From: an uncultured Mediterranea sp.
Lineage (GTDB): Bacteria; Bacteroidota; Bacteroidia; Bacteroidales; Bacteroidaceae
Assembly (NCBI GenBank): GCA_946056155.1
Contig: CAMGIP010000001.1
Location: 1-59,652, forward strand
DNA: 59,652 nucleotides
Direction: 5' to 3'
The translations under genes were made by a program, and so were the position numbers. Within the stretch, counting starts at the first letter, position 1; each line of letters opens with the position of its first letter. Below, piece after piece: positions 1-9,257 of the stretch. The notes below the pieces were generated by a model. That model was not told the DNA's origin. It searched no databases and worked only from the letters and a program-made list of their open reading frames with translations.

Positions 1-40
1 AGTCCCAAGTAAGTCCCAAGTAAGTCCCAAGTAAGTCCCA
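1..40. repeat. 11-bp tandem repeat (AGTCCCAAGTA) x3.6, cut by the window edge
   Basis: Exact units at 1, 12 and 23, partial unit at 34-40. Confidence 0.95.
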
Positions 41-185
41 TTTTCTGGCAGACAAGGATGGGAGGCTGTAGGGAGGAACTTTGGAGTGATAGATTGGGAA
101 GCACAGGTCGGTGCTCTTGCAATAGTGCTGGACGCTTAGTCTGCTTCCACTCCTCATGGAGCTGACGGAACCGTTCGATTGTCAT
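1..185 (-). CDS. Possible ORF or gene remnant running off the window (MTIERFRQLHEEWKQTKRPALLQEH...MGLTWDLLGTYLG)
   Basis: Manual translation: open from ATG at 185 to the window edge and through the 11-bp repeat; not in the ORF track. Confidence 0.3.
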   Translation of the reverse strand, partial: MTIERFRQLHEEWKQTKRPALLQEHRPVLPNLSLQSSSLQPPILVCQKMGLTWDLLGTYLG

Positions 186-267
186 GCATGTCAGACGTGA
201 CAAAATTTAATACCGCGCAAAGCTATGGGCATAATCTCATGCGGACAATACGGGGTTTGCTGATGGT

Positions 268-3200
268 TTACGGTGCTTTCTCATTCACCTTCTTCCTATA
301 TTGAGTAGGGGTGAGACCCGTATATTGTTTAAAGGCTGTGCTGAAGTACGACGGAGTCGTGAAGCCCACCTGATCCGCAATTTCCGAGAAAGAGAGAGAA
401 GTATTCGAAATGAGAGCCATCGCTTTTTCCAAGCGCAGTTTGTTGATATACTCATTAGCTCCCAAGCCGGTCAGCGCCTTCACCTTCTGGTAGAGCGATG
501 CCCGACTTACCGCCAATTCTTTGCAAAGGAGTGTTATATCCAGGTTATCCTCCGCCAGATGCTCCTGAATGATTCCGTTGAGTTTCAGCAAGAAGGATTC
601 ATCTGCCAGGCTGTAAGTGTTCTCCTCCGGCATGGGCATATTGCCAGCGTTCAGGTACCTGCGTTTCATGTGCTCCCTGTTTTTGAGTTTGCTTTTGATG
701 AAAGCCACCAAGGTATCCAGTTCAAACGGTTTAGAGAGGTAGCCGTCAGCTCCCGTTTTGTATCCGCTTGTTTCGCTCATACTGTCCTCTCTGGCAGTGA
801 GCAGGATGATAGGTATATGGCTCGTTTCCAGTTTCTCCTTCATCTTTTGGCAGAGTTGGAAACCATTCATTCGCGGCATCATCACGTCGCTGATAACTAT
901 ATCGGGAAGGAAACTTTGCACCATCTGCAGAGCCTCCTCTCCATCGGATGCAACCAATACCCGCTTGAAGTAAGGTGCCAACGACTCCTTCAGGAACTGG
1001 GTCAGTTCGCTGTTGTCGTCAGCCACGAGAATAGTGAATGGTGTAGCATCAAACTCCTCATCTTTGATGGGTGTTTCATCGTGTTCTTCAGCGATGAGTT
1101 CGTTGAGGTAGGGCCTTTGAGTGCAGGTCCACTCCTCCGAGAGTTGCCTCAGGGGTATCTCAAAATAGAAAGTGGCCCCTCCATCCGGATTATTGTAGGC
1201 TCCCATGGTCCCCTGGTGCTGTTCGACGAGAATCTTGCAGTAAGAGAGTCCGATGCCAGTGCCCTGCTGTTCACCCTCGCCCTGGTAGAATCTGGTAAAC
1301 AGCTTTTTGTCATTTACATCCTGCAGTCCCTTCCCTCCATCACTTACAGCCACTCGTACCCACCGTCCATCAGCCGTTATCCGGCTGCTCAGGACTATCC
1401 GTCCCCCTTTGGGGCTGTGTTTGAGCGCATTCATCAGCAGATTGCTCAGTATGATTTCCCCTTTGCTTTTATCAAAACTTACCTCCTCAATTTGTTTATC
1501 CAGGTCAAAAGCCATCGCTATACCTTCAGCCGCAGCTTCGTAGGCAAAGTCATTGGCCTGCTGTATCATCCACTCATTGAGTCGGTGCGGTTGGATGTGC
1601 AGTTTCCCTTCGCCCACCTCCATTTTGCGTACATCCAGCACCATGTTGATTACATCTTTCATTCGCTGCGACTGCCGGTAGATAGCCTTGAGCGGCTGAT
1701 AGTACCTGTCGTCCTGTGCCATCCCCTGCAAGATGCGTTTCAGCGGTGCATGGATAAGGGTGAGTGGTGTTCTCAGTTCGTGGCTCACATTGATGAGAAA
1801 GCGCACCTTCTCTTCATAGAGCTGTTGCTCATGTTCTTTCATGGCCCATCTCATCTCTTCCTCCTTCTTCCTGATGTACCGTTGGAACAAGAGGAGAATA
1901 GCCAGCGTGATGGTCAAGGCACATCCCAGCACAAACCACCAGGATTGATACCAAGGTGGCAGTACACGCAGGGTGAGCAGAAGTGTGTAGGGTGTCCATT
2001 CCCCCTCCCTTGTATTGCAGGATACCTGGATACGATAAGTCCCTTTGAGCAAGGTACGCAGGTTGATGGAGGGTTGTTGGGTGATGACCGGCTCTTTGGA
2101 CAACCCGTCGATGGTGTAGCGATAGATTCGTTTTCGGAAGATATCCCTTTCCCGAGCCATGAATAACACGCTGACATTTGTGCCGTATGGTACCTCAATC
2201 TCGTTGCCCTCAGGATTCCTGAGCTCCTTTTTTGACTCGCCATTCAGTAGGATATCTGACAGTTGCATCATGGGGTTGTCCGTGAAATCCGTCACGAGTA
2301 GGGTATTGATTTGCACCAGTCCCTGTACTCCTCCCATAAAGAGATTGCCCTTCTCATCCAACCATTTTGATTTCGTGCGGTACTCATTGGGCAGTACGCC
2401 ATCACTCTCTCCGTACACCTCCAGCCGTTGCTTCTCCGGGTGGTACGAGAAGAGACTATTGTCCGCACCTATCCAGAGCCTTCCCTGTTTGTCACTGACT
2501 ATGGAAGAGATCTCGTTGTATAAGGTAGAAGTCAATGCAGAGACCGAACCACTGGCCTCATGGAAACAGATCAATCCCCGATTGGTTCCCATCCAGAAGT
2601 TGCCCTTCTCATCGCGAGTGACCGAGTTAATGCACAGCTCTTTGTTGCAGGTAAAGACCACCTTGAGCAAATCGTCCGACCGGTCGAGTCGATAGATGCG
2701 CCTCATGTCGTGCAGATAGACCGATTTTTTTGTGGCCGCCACCGCCATCAGACTTCCCCAGTAGATCGGTTTCTCCTCCTCGATTCTGCTCCATGCCCCA
2801 CGTTTCCACGTCTTCCTCTCCCATTTGCCGCTGCTCATATGCTTCTCTTCCCTGTTTCCGCTGCCGAACCGGAACCGATAGACATGGTCGGCCAGGAACA
2901 GGATACTCCCCGGACTCTCCTGGAAGAGATTGACAGCATGCCCGTGCATGCAAAGCTTTTGGGTAGTCTCCTCGTCGATGAGCGTAAAAGGGGAGAGCTC
3001 TCCAGTCGAGGGGTGGAAGATAAAGAGACCTTTAGAGAATACAGAGAGCAGCAGATGCTGAGGGCCAAAGCCACAGATTGAAGCTACCTTCATCCCCTGG
3101 GTCGTAGGATAGTCTTGAAAGTATCCAGTGGCAGGATCCAAACGATTCAAGCCTCCTCCGTCCGTACCTATATATAGCGCACTATCTCCGGGTTGTTGGT

Positions 3201-4260
3201 AGAGGCTGAGCACCACCGGATGGCTCAGTCCCTGGTGGCTTCCCGGAAAATTATCGGTATAGCTCCTCATCGATACTTTGGACAGAGCAATCAACCCATT
3301 ATATACTCCACCCATCCAGAGGTTGCCATACGAGTCATGGTAGAGACAGTTGATTGAATTGGTAGGCAATGAATACTGTTTTTTGCCAGCGGTATGGAAG
3401 ATATGCGTAAACTGCTGCGTCTCCGGATCCAGAATATTGATGCCTCCTCCGTCCGTACCCATCCAGATTTTGCCTAGGTGTTGCGCCATGCAGAGCACGA
3501 TATTGTGGCTCATCAAGCTATTCTCCGTACGGTATTCATGCAGGAGCTTTCCGTCCAGCTGAAAGCAGCGAACCCCTTCGTTGTAGGTGGCTATCCAGAG
3601 TCGCTGGTGGCTGTCGAGCAGCAAGTCGGTGATTTCAGGTCCGCAGGTATAGGGTGCCTGTTGCAGTTTGCCGTTGGATAAATCCATGGCATAGACCCCT
3701 TTCCATCGGGTACCAATCAGCAGTCTGTTGTCAGGAAGAAGAGCGATGCGCACGATACGCAGTTCCTCTTCGGCAGGCAGATCAAACCATTTTGTAGCCC
3801 TCATCTCGTTGGCGGGGAGGAAGAAGATAGCCTCTGCCGATACAAGGAGCATTCCCCCGCGATAGGGGCAGCAGGCATAAGCCTCCACAGGCTCGTCATT
3901 CTGGTCGTACAGGGGGTGAAAATGGTTGTGGTCATAGTTGTAGGCAGCTGTCCCCTGGTCAGTCAGTATCCACAGGTTCCCTTTAGAGTCCTCAGCTATC
4001 TGATGGATAAAGTTTCCTGGCAAGGTACTGGAATCTCCCTCCTCATGAAGGTATCTCCGTTGCTCGTGTCCGTCGAAACGTCCCAGCCCTGCTCGTGTCC
4101 CCGTCCAGATGTAGCCTTTGCTGTCGTGGAAGATACAGTTCAGCGTAGAAGGAAGTCCCGCTTTCAGCGCGATGCGTGTGAAGAGGTAGTGCTCGGCTTG
4201 CAGGGCGGATGTACCGAGCAGGCCAAGTAGGCATAAAAAAAGGTGTGTCAATCGCTTCAT
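268..4260 (-). CDS. Hybrid two-component system sensor/regulator (beta-propeller, Y_Y_Y, TM, HisKA, HATPase, receiver, AraC HTH)
   Basis: 1330 aa; signal peptide; repeated DSxGxxWxGT blades; SHELRTPL H-box; GTGIGL; DVMMP receiver; C-terminal AraC motif (FSTAFKQYTGLTPTQYR). Confidence 0.97.
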   Translation of the reverse strand: MKRLTHLFLCLLGLLGTSALQAEHYLFTRIALKAGLPSTLNCIFHDSKGYIWTGTRAGLGRFDGHEQRRYLHEEGDSSTLPGNFIHQIAEDSKGNLWILTDQGTAAYNYDHNHFHPLYDQNDEPVEAYACCPYRGGMLLVSAEAIFFLPANEMRATKWFDLPAEEELRIVRIALLPDNRLLIGTRWKGVYAMDLSNGKLQQAPYTCGPEITDLLLDSHQRLWIATYNEGVRCFQLDGKLLHEYRTENSLMSHNIVLCMAQHLGKIWMGTDGGGINILDPETQQFTHIFHTAGKKQYSLPTNSINCLYHDSYGNLWMGGVYNGLIALSKVSMRSYTDNFPGSHQGLSHPVVLSLYQQPGDSALYIGTDGGGLNRLDPATGYFQDYPTTQGMKVASICGFGPQHLLLSVFSKGLFIFHPSTGELSPFTLIDEETTQKLCMHGHAVNLFQESPGSILFLADHVYRFRFGSGNREEKHMSSGKWERKTWKRGAWSRIEEEKPIYWGSLMAVAATKKSVYLHDMRRIYRLDRSDDLLKVVFTCNKELCINSVTRDEKGNFWMGTNRGLICFHEASGSVSALTSTLYNEISSIVSDKQGRLWIGADNSLFSYHPEKQRLEVYGESDGVLPNEYRTKSKWLDEKGNLFMGGVQGLVQINTLLVTDFTDNPMMQLSDILLNGESKKELRNPEGNEIEVPYGTNVSVLFMARERDIFRKRIYRYTIDGLSKEPVITQQPSINLRTLLKGTYRIQVSCNTREGEWTPYTLLLTLRVLPPWYQSWWFVLGCALTITLAILLLFQRYIRKKEEEMRWAMKEHEQQLYEEKVRFLINVSHELRTPLTLIHAPLKRILQGMAQDDRYYQPLKAIYRQSQRMKDVINMVLDVRKMEVGEGKLHIQPHRLNEWMIQQANDFAYEAAAEGIAMAFDLDKQIEEVSFDKSKGEIILSNLLMNALKHSPKGGRIVLSSRITADGRWVRVAVSDGGKGLQDVNDKKLFTRFYQGEGEQQGTGIGLSYCKILVEQHQGTMGAYNNPDGGATFYFEIPLRQLSEEWTCTQRPYLNELIAEEHDETPIKDEEFDATPFTILVADDNSELTQFLKESLAPYFKRVLVASDGEEALQMVQSFLPDIVISDVMMPRMNGFQLCQKMKEKLETSHIPIILLTAREDSMSETSGYKTGADGYLSKPFELDTLVAFIKSKLKNREHMKRRYLNAGNMPMPEENTYSLADESFLLKLNGIIQEHLAEDNLDITLLCKELAVSRASLYQKVKALTGLGANEYINKLRLEKAMALISNTSLSFSEIADQVGFTTPSYFSTAFKQYTGLTPTQYRKKVNEKAP

Positions 4261-4289
4261 AGCTTATCGATTCGGCTTGTAAGTGCGGG

Positions 4290-4370
4290 CAAATATACGA
4301 CTATTTAGCGAAAAGTGAAAGTTTTCCAAACGATTTTAAAAGTCGGTGAAAAGGGGAATTTCTACTTTTG
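4290..4370. promoter_or_regulatory. Divergent promoters for the HTCS (-7 TATATTTG, minus, 4290-4297) and the sulfatase (-7 TACTTTTG, plus, 4363-4370), with a putative HTCS operator at 4313-4342
   Basis: Bacteroidetes -7 consensus TAnnTTTG; motif TGAAAGTT..AAACGATTTT shared with the susC upstream region. Confidence 0.7.
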
Positions 4371-4395
4371 TAGCAAATATGAATCCTTAAAATGA

Positions 4396-5988
4396 ATGGC
4401 TATGAATACTTCCCCTCTCTACCCACCGCTATGTCAGTGGATTACTGGTGCGGCAGCGCTGGCCTCGCTGGTCTCCTGTACAGCCACCCCTTCACAAAAG
4501 GCGAGTCGTCCCAACATCGTCTATATCATGACCGACGACCATACCGCCCAGATGATGAGTTGTTATGACCGACGTTATGTCCACACCCCTCATTTGGACC
4601 AGTTGGCAGCAGAGGGGGTGCTCTTCACCCAAAGTTTCGTTGCTAACTCGTTGAGCGGTCCCAGCCGGGCCTGTATCCTAACCGGCAAGCACAGCTGTGC
4701 CAACCGCTTTTACGACAATACCACCTGCGTTTTTGATACCACCCAGATGACCTACCCCAAACTGCTCCGTCAGGCCGGTTATCAGACCGCCGTGATTGGC
4801 AAGTGGCATTTGGAGAGTCTGCCTGCGGGCTTCGACTATTGGAAGATTGTACCGGGTCAGGGCGATTATTACAATCCCTGTTTCATCCTTCAGAGCGGAG
4901 ATACCGTGCGTCAGGAGGGGTATCTCACCAACCTCATCACCGATGATGCCCTGGAGTGGATGGAACATCGGCGAGATGCCTCCCGTCCCTTCTGCCTGCT
5001 GATTCACCACAAGGCACTCCACCGCAATTGGATGGCTGATACCTGTCACCTATCGCTCTATGAAGATAAGGAGTATCCCTTGCCCGACAACTTCTTCGAC
5101 ACATACGAAGGTCGCCTGGCCGCAGAATCGGCTGAGATGCGCATCGGTCGCGACATGGATCCGCTCTATGACCTCAAGATGTATCGAGAGGACAAGTCAT
5201 CGCCACTCCGTCCCAACTACGAAGCCTTTGTAGGTCGCATGAACAGGCCGCAGCGCGAAGCGTGGGAACGCTTCTACCGTCCCATTACCGAGGAGTTCTA
5301 TCGCACTCCTCTTCAAGGCAAGGAGCTGGCCCAGTGGAAGTTCAATCGGTACATGCGCGACTATGCCAAAACCCTCCGCTCGCTCGATGACAATGTAGGT
5401 CGCGTGATGGATTATCTGCGCGAGCATGACCTCCTGGACAATACCCTTGTGGTCTATACCTCCGATCAGGGGTTCTATATGGGCGAGCACGGCTGGTTCG
5501 ACAAGCGCTTCATGTACGAAGAGTCGATGCACACTCCCTTGTTGATGCGTCTGCCCAAGGGGTTCAATGCCCGGGGTGAGATAGGCCAATTGGTTCAGAA
5601 CATTGACTTTGCCCCCACCTTCCTTGAGTTGGCCGGAGTCTCCGTCCCCAAGGAGATTCACGGAGTATCCCTCTTGCCGCTGCTCAGGGGTGAGCATCCC
5701 TCCAGTTGGCGTCGTTCCCTCTATTATCATTTCTACGAATATCCGGCCGAACACAGCGTCAAGCGTCACTATGGAGTGCGTACCGAACGCTATAAGCTGA
5801 TACATTTCTACAATGATATCGACACCTGGGAACTCTATGACCTGCAGAATGACCCTACCGAGATGCACAATCTCTACGGTCAGCCCGGCACGGAGGAGGT
5901 GACCGCCACTCTGCGTCAGGAGCTGGAGAGGCTTCAGCGGCAGTACAACGACGTGGAGGGTTTGCAGAATTTCCGACAAGGACTCTGA
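4396..5988 (+). CDS. S1 sulfatase, Ser-type (probably S1_11-like 6S-GlcNAc sulfatase), lipoprotein
   Basis: PNIVYIMTDDH; SGPSRA (S-x-P-x-R); GKWH; YTSDQG; FDKRFMYEES; LVSC lipobox. Confidence 0.9.
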   Translation: MAMNTSPLYPPLCQWITGAAALASLVSCTATPSQKASRPNIVYIMTDDHTAQMMSCYDRRYVHTPHLDQLAAEGVLFTQSFVANSLSGPSRACILTGKHSCANRFYDNTTCVFDTTQMTYPKLLRQAGYQTAVIGKWHLESLPAGFDYWKIVPGQGDYYNPCFILQSGDTVRQEGYLTNLITDDALEWMEHRRDASRPFCLLIHHKALHRNWMADTCHLSLYEDKEYPLPDNFFDTYEGRLAAESAEMRIGRDMDPLYDLKMYREDKSSPLRPNYEAFVGRMNRPQREAWERFYRPITEEFYRTPLQGKELAQWKFNRYMRDYAKTLRSLDDNVGRVMDYLREHDLLDNTLVVYTSDQGFYMGEHGWFDKRFMYEESMHTPLLMRLPKGFNARGEIGQLVQNIDFAPTFLELAGVSVPKEIHGVSLLPLLRGEHPSSWRRSLYYHFYEYPAEHSVKRHYGVRTERYKLIHFYNDIDTWELYDLQNDPTEMHNLYGQPGTEEVTATLRQELERLQRQYNDVEGLQNFRQGL

Positions 5989-6077
5989 TGCTTGCGGAAA
6001 TCTCTTACCGATTTGTGACAGCGTCCATGTAACCCCTGCAAAGAGCCCTATCACCGGTACAAACGCATGAAATAGTG

Positions 6078-6137
6078 CTTTTTGAAAGTTATAAAACGAT
6101 TTTTGAAAACCTTTTTAGCTGCTAATCCGTTACTTTG
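6078..6137 (+). promoter_or_regulatory. susC promoter (-7 TTACTTTG) with a 21-bp-period TTTTGAAA direct repeat (putative HTCS site)
   Basis: TTTTTGAAAG at 6079-6088 and TTTTTGAAAA at 6100-6109; -7-like box at 6130-6137. Confidence 0.6.
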
Positions 6138-6206
6138 TCAAAGCAAAATGCGAAAAATAGCAGCGAATAATCAATACAATTAATGTTTATCTTTAATTTA
6201 TTACTT

Positions 6207-9200
6207 ATGGAAAGAATGAGAATGAAACAAGCGGCACAAATGTTGCCATTGGCATTGGGATTGCTTTTCACTGGAATGAATGTACAGGCCGAAAACGAGG
6301 GACTCTCCTCGGCCTACATGGTGAATCAGCAAGTGACTCGTGCGAAAGGTGTTGTGGTGGATTCCCACGGCGAACCCATCATCGGAGCCAGTGTAGTAGA
6401 GAAGGGCACAACCAATGGTATGGTCACCAATATTGACGGTGAGTTTGCCCTCGATGTAAAGTCAGGTGCTATCCTCCAAATCTCTTTTGTGGGATATATG
6501 ACTCAAGAGGTGAAGGCATCTGGGAATATGAAAGTGGTATTGAAAGAAGATAATGAAGTGCTGGATGAGGTTGTAGTTATCGGCTACGGTGTCGTTCGCA
6601 AGGCCGACCTGGCCGGTTCGGTGGCTGTGATGGACAACAAGCAGTTCAAGGATCAACCCATCACCCGTGTGGAAGATGCACTCCAGGGACGTGTGTCCGG
6701 CGTATCGGTGATGTCGAGTGGTGTGCCTGGTGGAGATATGAAGATCCGTGTGCGTGGTACCAGCTCAGTAAACAAGAGCAACGACCCGCTCTACGTGGTG
6801 GACGGTATCGTACGCGAAAGCGGACTGGAGGGTATCAGCCCCGAAGATATCCAGAGCATGCAGATTCTCAAGGATGCCTCCTCTACTGCTATCTACGGTA
6901 GCCGTGGTGCCAACGGTGTCGTATTGGTGACCACCAAGAGCGGCAAGGTAGGTGCTACACAGGTGGTGCTGGATGCCAACTTCGGTATCTCCAATGCCTA
7001 CCATGTTCCCGAGGTGATGAGCACTAAGGAGTATGCACAGGCACTCATCGACTACAAAGGCATAGGCCAGGATGTGATGAGACCCTACCTCGATGGTTCC
7101 AACCCCGGTATCGACTGGATGGACCAGCTACTGCGTACCGGAGTGACACAGAACTATAAACTGGCCATCTCCAAGGGTAGCGAGGACACCCAGATTTACG
7201 TGTCAGGGGGCTATCTCAGCCACAAGGGTGTAGTGACAGATACCAAGTTTGAGCGCTACTCTGTCAAGGCCAACATCCACTCTAAGCTTTTCAGTTGGTT
7301 GGAGATGACCGCCGACGTCAACCTCTCCCAGAGCAACGGTTCAGGCGCAGGGTTCAATCAGAACCAGTCCAATCCCCTTTGGGTCGGCCTCAACTACTCG
7401 CCCACCATGGATATGATGAACAGCCAGGGCCAGTACAACCAAGACCCCTACAACAACATCCAGAAGAACCCCTACGGTATTCTTCATGGCAATGAGAACG
7501 ACCGCAAGCGCAGTGTAGCCAGCGGACGCATCGACCTGAAGTTCAACCTGATGAAGGGACTTACCTTCACCACAACCAATGGTGTGGACTACTCCGACTT
7601 CAAGAGCTACAGCTACGGCAACTCCTTGGTAATGGGCAGCAGCTCCATGGGCAATAGCGACCGCTACAAAATGATGTTGCAGACCTCAAACAACCTCACC
7701 TACCTTGGTAACTGGAACAAGCACTCCTTGACTGCCACCGCCGTGTGGGAGGCTACCACTTCCGAGACCCGCACCATGAGCATCAGCGGTAACAATCTGG
7801 CAGCAGAACAGGTAGGTTACTGGAACGTGCAAAACGCCAAGACCCGCGATGCCAATAACGGCTACAGCAAATGGAACCTCCTCTCCGGTGTAGCCCGCGT
7901 GATGTACAACTATGACAACCGCTACATGCTCACAGCCACGTTCCGTGCCGACGGAAGCTCCAGATTCTCCAAAGACAAGTGGGGCTACTTCCCCTCTATT
8001 GCAGCGGCCTGGACCGTGACCAACGAGAAATTCATGAAGGAGCAGAAGATCTTCAACGAGCTGAAGGTACGCGCCAGCTATGGTCTCATCGGTAATCAGG
8101 ACATTACTCCCTATTCAACCCTTGGTCTGATGGGCAGCACCTCGTTCAACTACGGTACCAACACCAACTACACCGGCTACTGGGCCAGTGGACAGGCTAC
8201 TCCTGACCTTACCTGGGAGAAGGTGAAGCAACTTGACCTCGGTCTGGACATGTCCTTCCTTGACCATCGTCTCAGCGTGAGCGTTGACTACTTCCACAAG
8301 AAGACCTCTGACGCCCTGCTGCAGAAGACCGCAGCCAACTACCTTGGTGGCACCAAATATTGGGTCAATGCCGGTGAGGTAACCAACCAGGGTATCGACC
8401 TCTCCGTTACCGCCCGCATCCTCCAGCAGGACCATCTGCAATGGACCTCCACCCTGAACGGAAGCTATCTGAAGAATGAAGTGACCAAGCTGACCGCTGA
8501 GGAGCCCACCCTCTATGGTGACTCTCCCTCACCCGGTACGGTAGAAGCATGTACCATCATCAAAGAGGGCGAAGCCATTGGCACCTTCTACGGCTACAAG
8601 TGGGCCGGTTTGCAGAAAGATGCAGAGGGCAAGTGGGTGGACAGCTACTACAAGGCCGACGGCACGATAACCACCACACCCGAAGGCGGTGACCGCCAGG
8701 TGCTGGGCAAGTCATCCCCCGACTTCACGCTGGGATGGAACAACAGCATCACCTGGAAGAACTGGGATTTCAACTTCTTCTTCAATGCCGCCTTTGGCGC
8801 ACAACGTCTCAATCTCGTACGCTTTGCCATGAACACCAGTGTGGGAGCCTCCATGTTCGTTACCGACAAGGATTACTTCAGCGAAGTGGGCAAGACCATG
8901 CCGACCTATGGCTCAGCTACCAAGAACTACGGTAACTCCAGCAAGTGGCTTGAAGATGCCGACTACCTCCGTCTGGAGAACATCAGTGTAGCCTACACGC
9001 TGCCCCGCAAGCAGACCGGTTTTGCTGATGTACGCTTCTCCTTCTCCGTACAGAACGTATTCACCATCAGCGGATATAAAGGCTTTGATCCCGCAGGTGC
9101 CTCGTTCAGTGCCAGCAAGGTGGATGCCGACAGCGGTATTGATATGGGTGCCTATCCCAATCCCCGCACCTTCTCTCTCGGTGTACGTATGAGCTTCTGA
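6207..9200 (+). CDS. susC: SusC/RagA TonB-dependent transporter (upstream in-frame ATG at 6183)
   Basis: CarboxypepD-like N-terminus; LDEVVVIGYG; PLYVVDG; LKDASSTAIYGSRGANGVVLVTTK; terminal Phe. Confidence 0.96.
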   Translation: MERMRMKQAAQMLPLALGLLFTGMNVQAENEGLSSAYMVNQQVTRAKGVVVDSHGEPIIGASVVEKGTTNGMVTNIDGEFALDVKSGAILQISFVGYMTQEVKASGNMKVVLKEDNEVLDEVVVIGYGVVRKADLAGSVAVMDNKQFKDQPITRVEDALQGRVSGVSVMSSGVPGGDMKIRVRGTSSVNKSNDPLYVVDGIVRESGLEGISPEDIQSMQILKDASSTAIYGSRGANGVVLVTTKSGKVGATQVVLDANFGISNAYHVPEVMSTKEYAQALIDYKGIGQDVMRPYLDGSNPGIDWMDQLLRTGVTQNYKLAISKGSEDTQIYVSGGYLSHKGVVTDTKFERYSVKANIHSKLFSWLEMTADVNLSQSNGSGAGFNQNQSNPLWVGLNYSPTMDMMNSQGQYNQDPYNNIQKNPYGILHGNENDRKRSVASGRIDLKFNLMKGLTFTTTNGVDYSDFKSYSYGNSLVMGSSSMGNSDRYKMMLQTSNNLTYLGNWNKHSLTATAVWEATTSETRTMSISGNNLAAEQVGYWNVQNAKTRDANNGYSKWNLLSGVARVMYNYDNRYMLTATFRADGSSRFSKDKWGYFPSIAAAWTVTNEKFMKEQKIFNELKVRASYGLIGNQDITPYSTLGLMGSTSFNYGTNTNYTGYWASGQATPDLTWEKVKQLDLGLDMSFLDHRLSVSVDYFHKKTSDALLQKTAANYLGGTKYWVNAGEVTNQGIDLSVTARILQQDHLQWTSTLNGSYLKNEVTKLTAEEPTLYGDSPSPGTVEACTIIKEGEAIGTFYGYKWAGLQKDAEGKWVDSYYKADGTITTTPEGGDRQVLGKSSPDFTLGWNNSITWKNWDFNFFFNAAFGAQRLNLVRFAMNTSVGASMFVTDKDYFSEVGKTMPTYGSATKNYGNSSKWLEDADYLRLENISVAYTLPRKQTGFADVRFSFSVQNVFTISGYKGFDPAGASFSASKVDADSGIDMGAYPNPRTFSLGVRMSF

Positions 9201-9257
9201 TAAGACTAACCCCATTAGTTGGATATTATAACCTCATTTAAATAGCATTAGAACAAT

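Noticed and set aside
301-2166. 621-aa plus-strand ORF, and similar long antisense ORFs (31548..33116, 33219..34757, 35110..36210, 47146..48276)
   Set aside because: Shadow frames of well-supported genes, with no recognisable motifs
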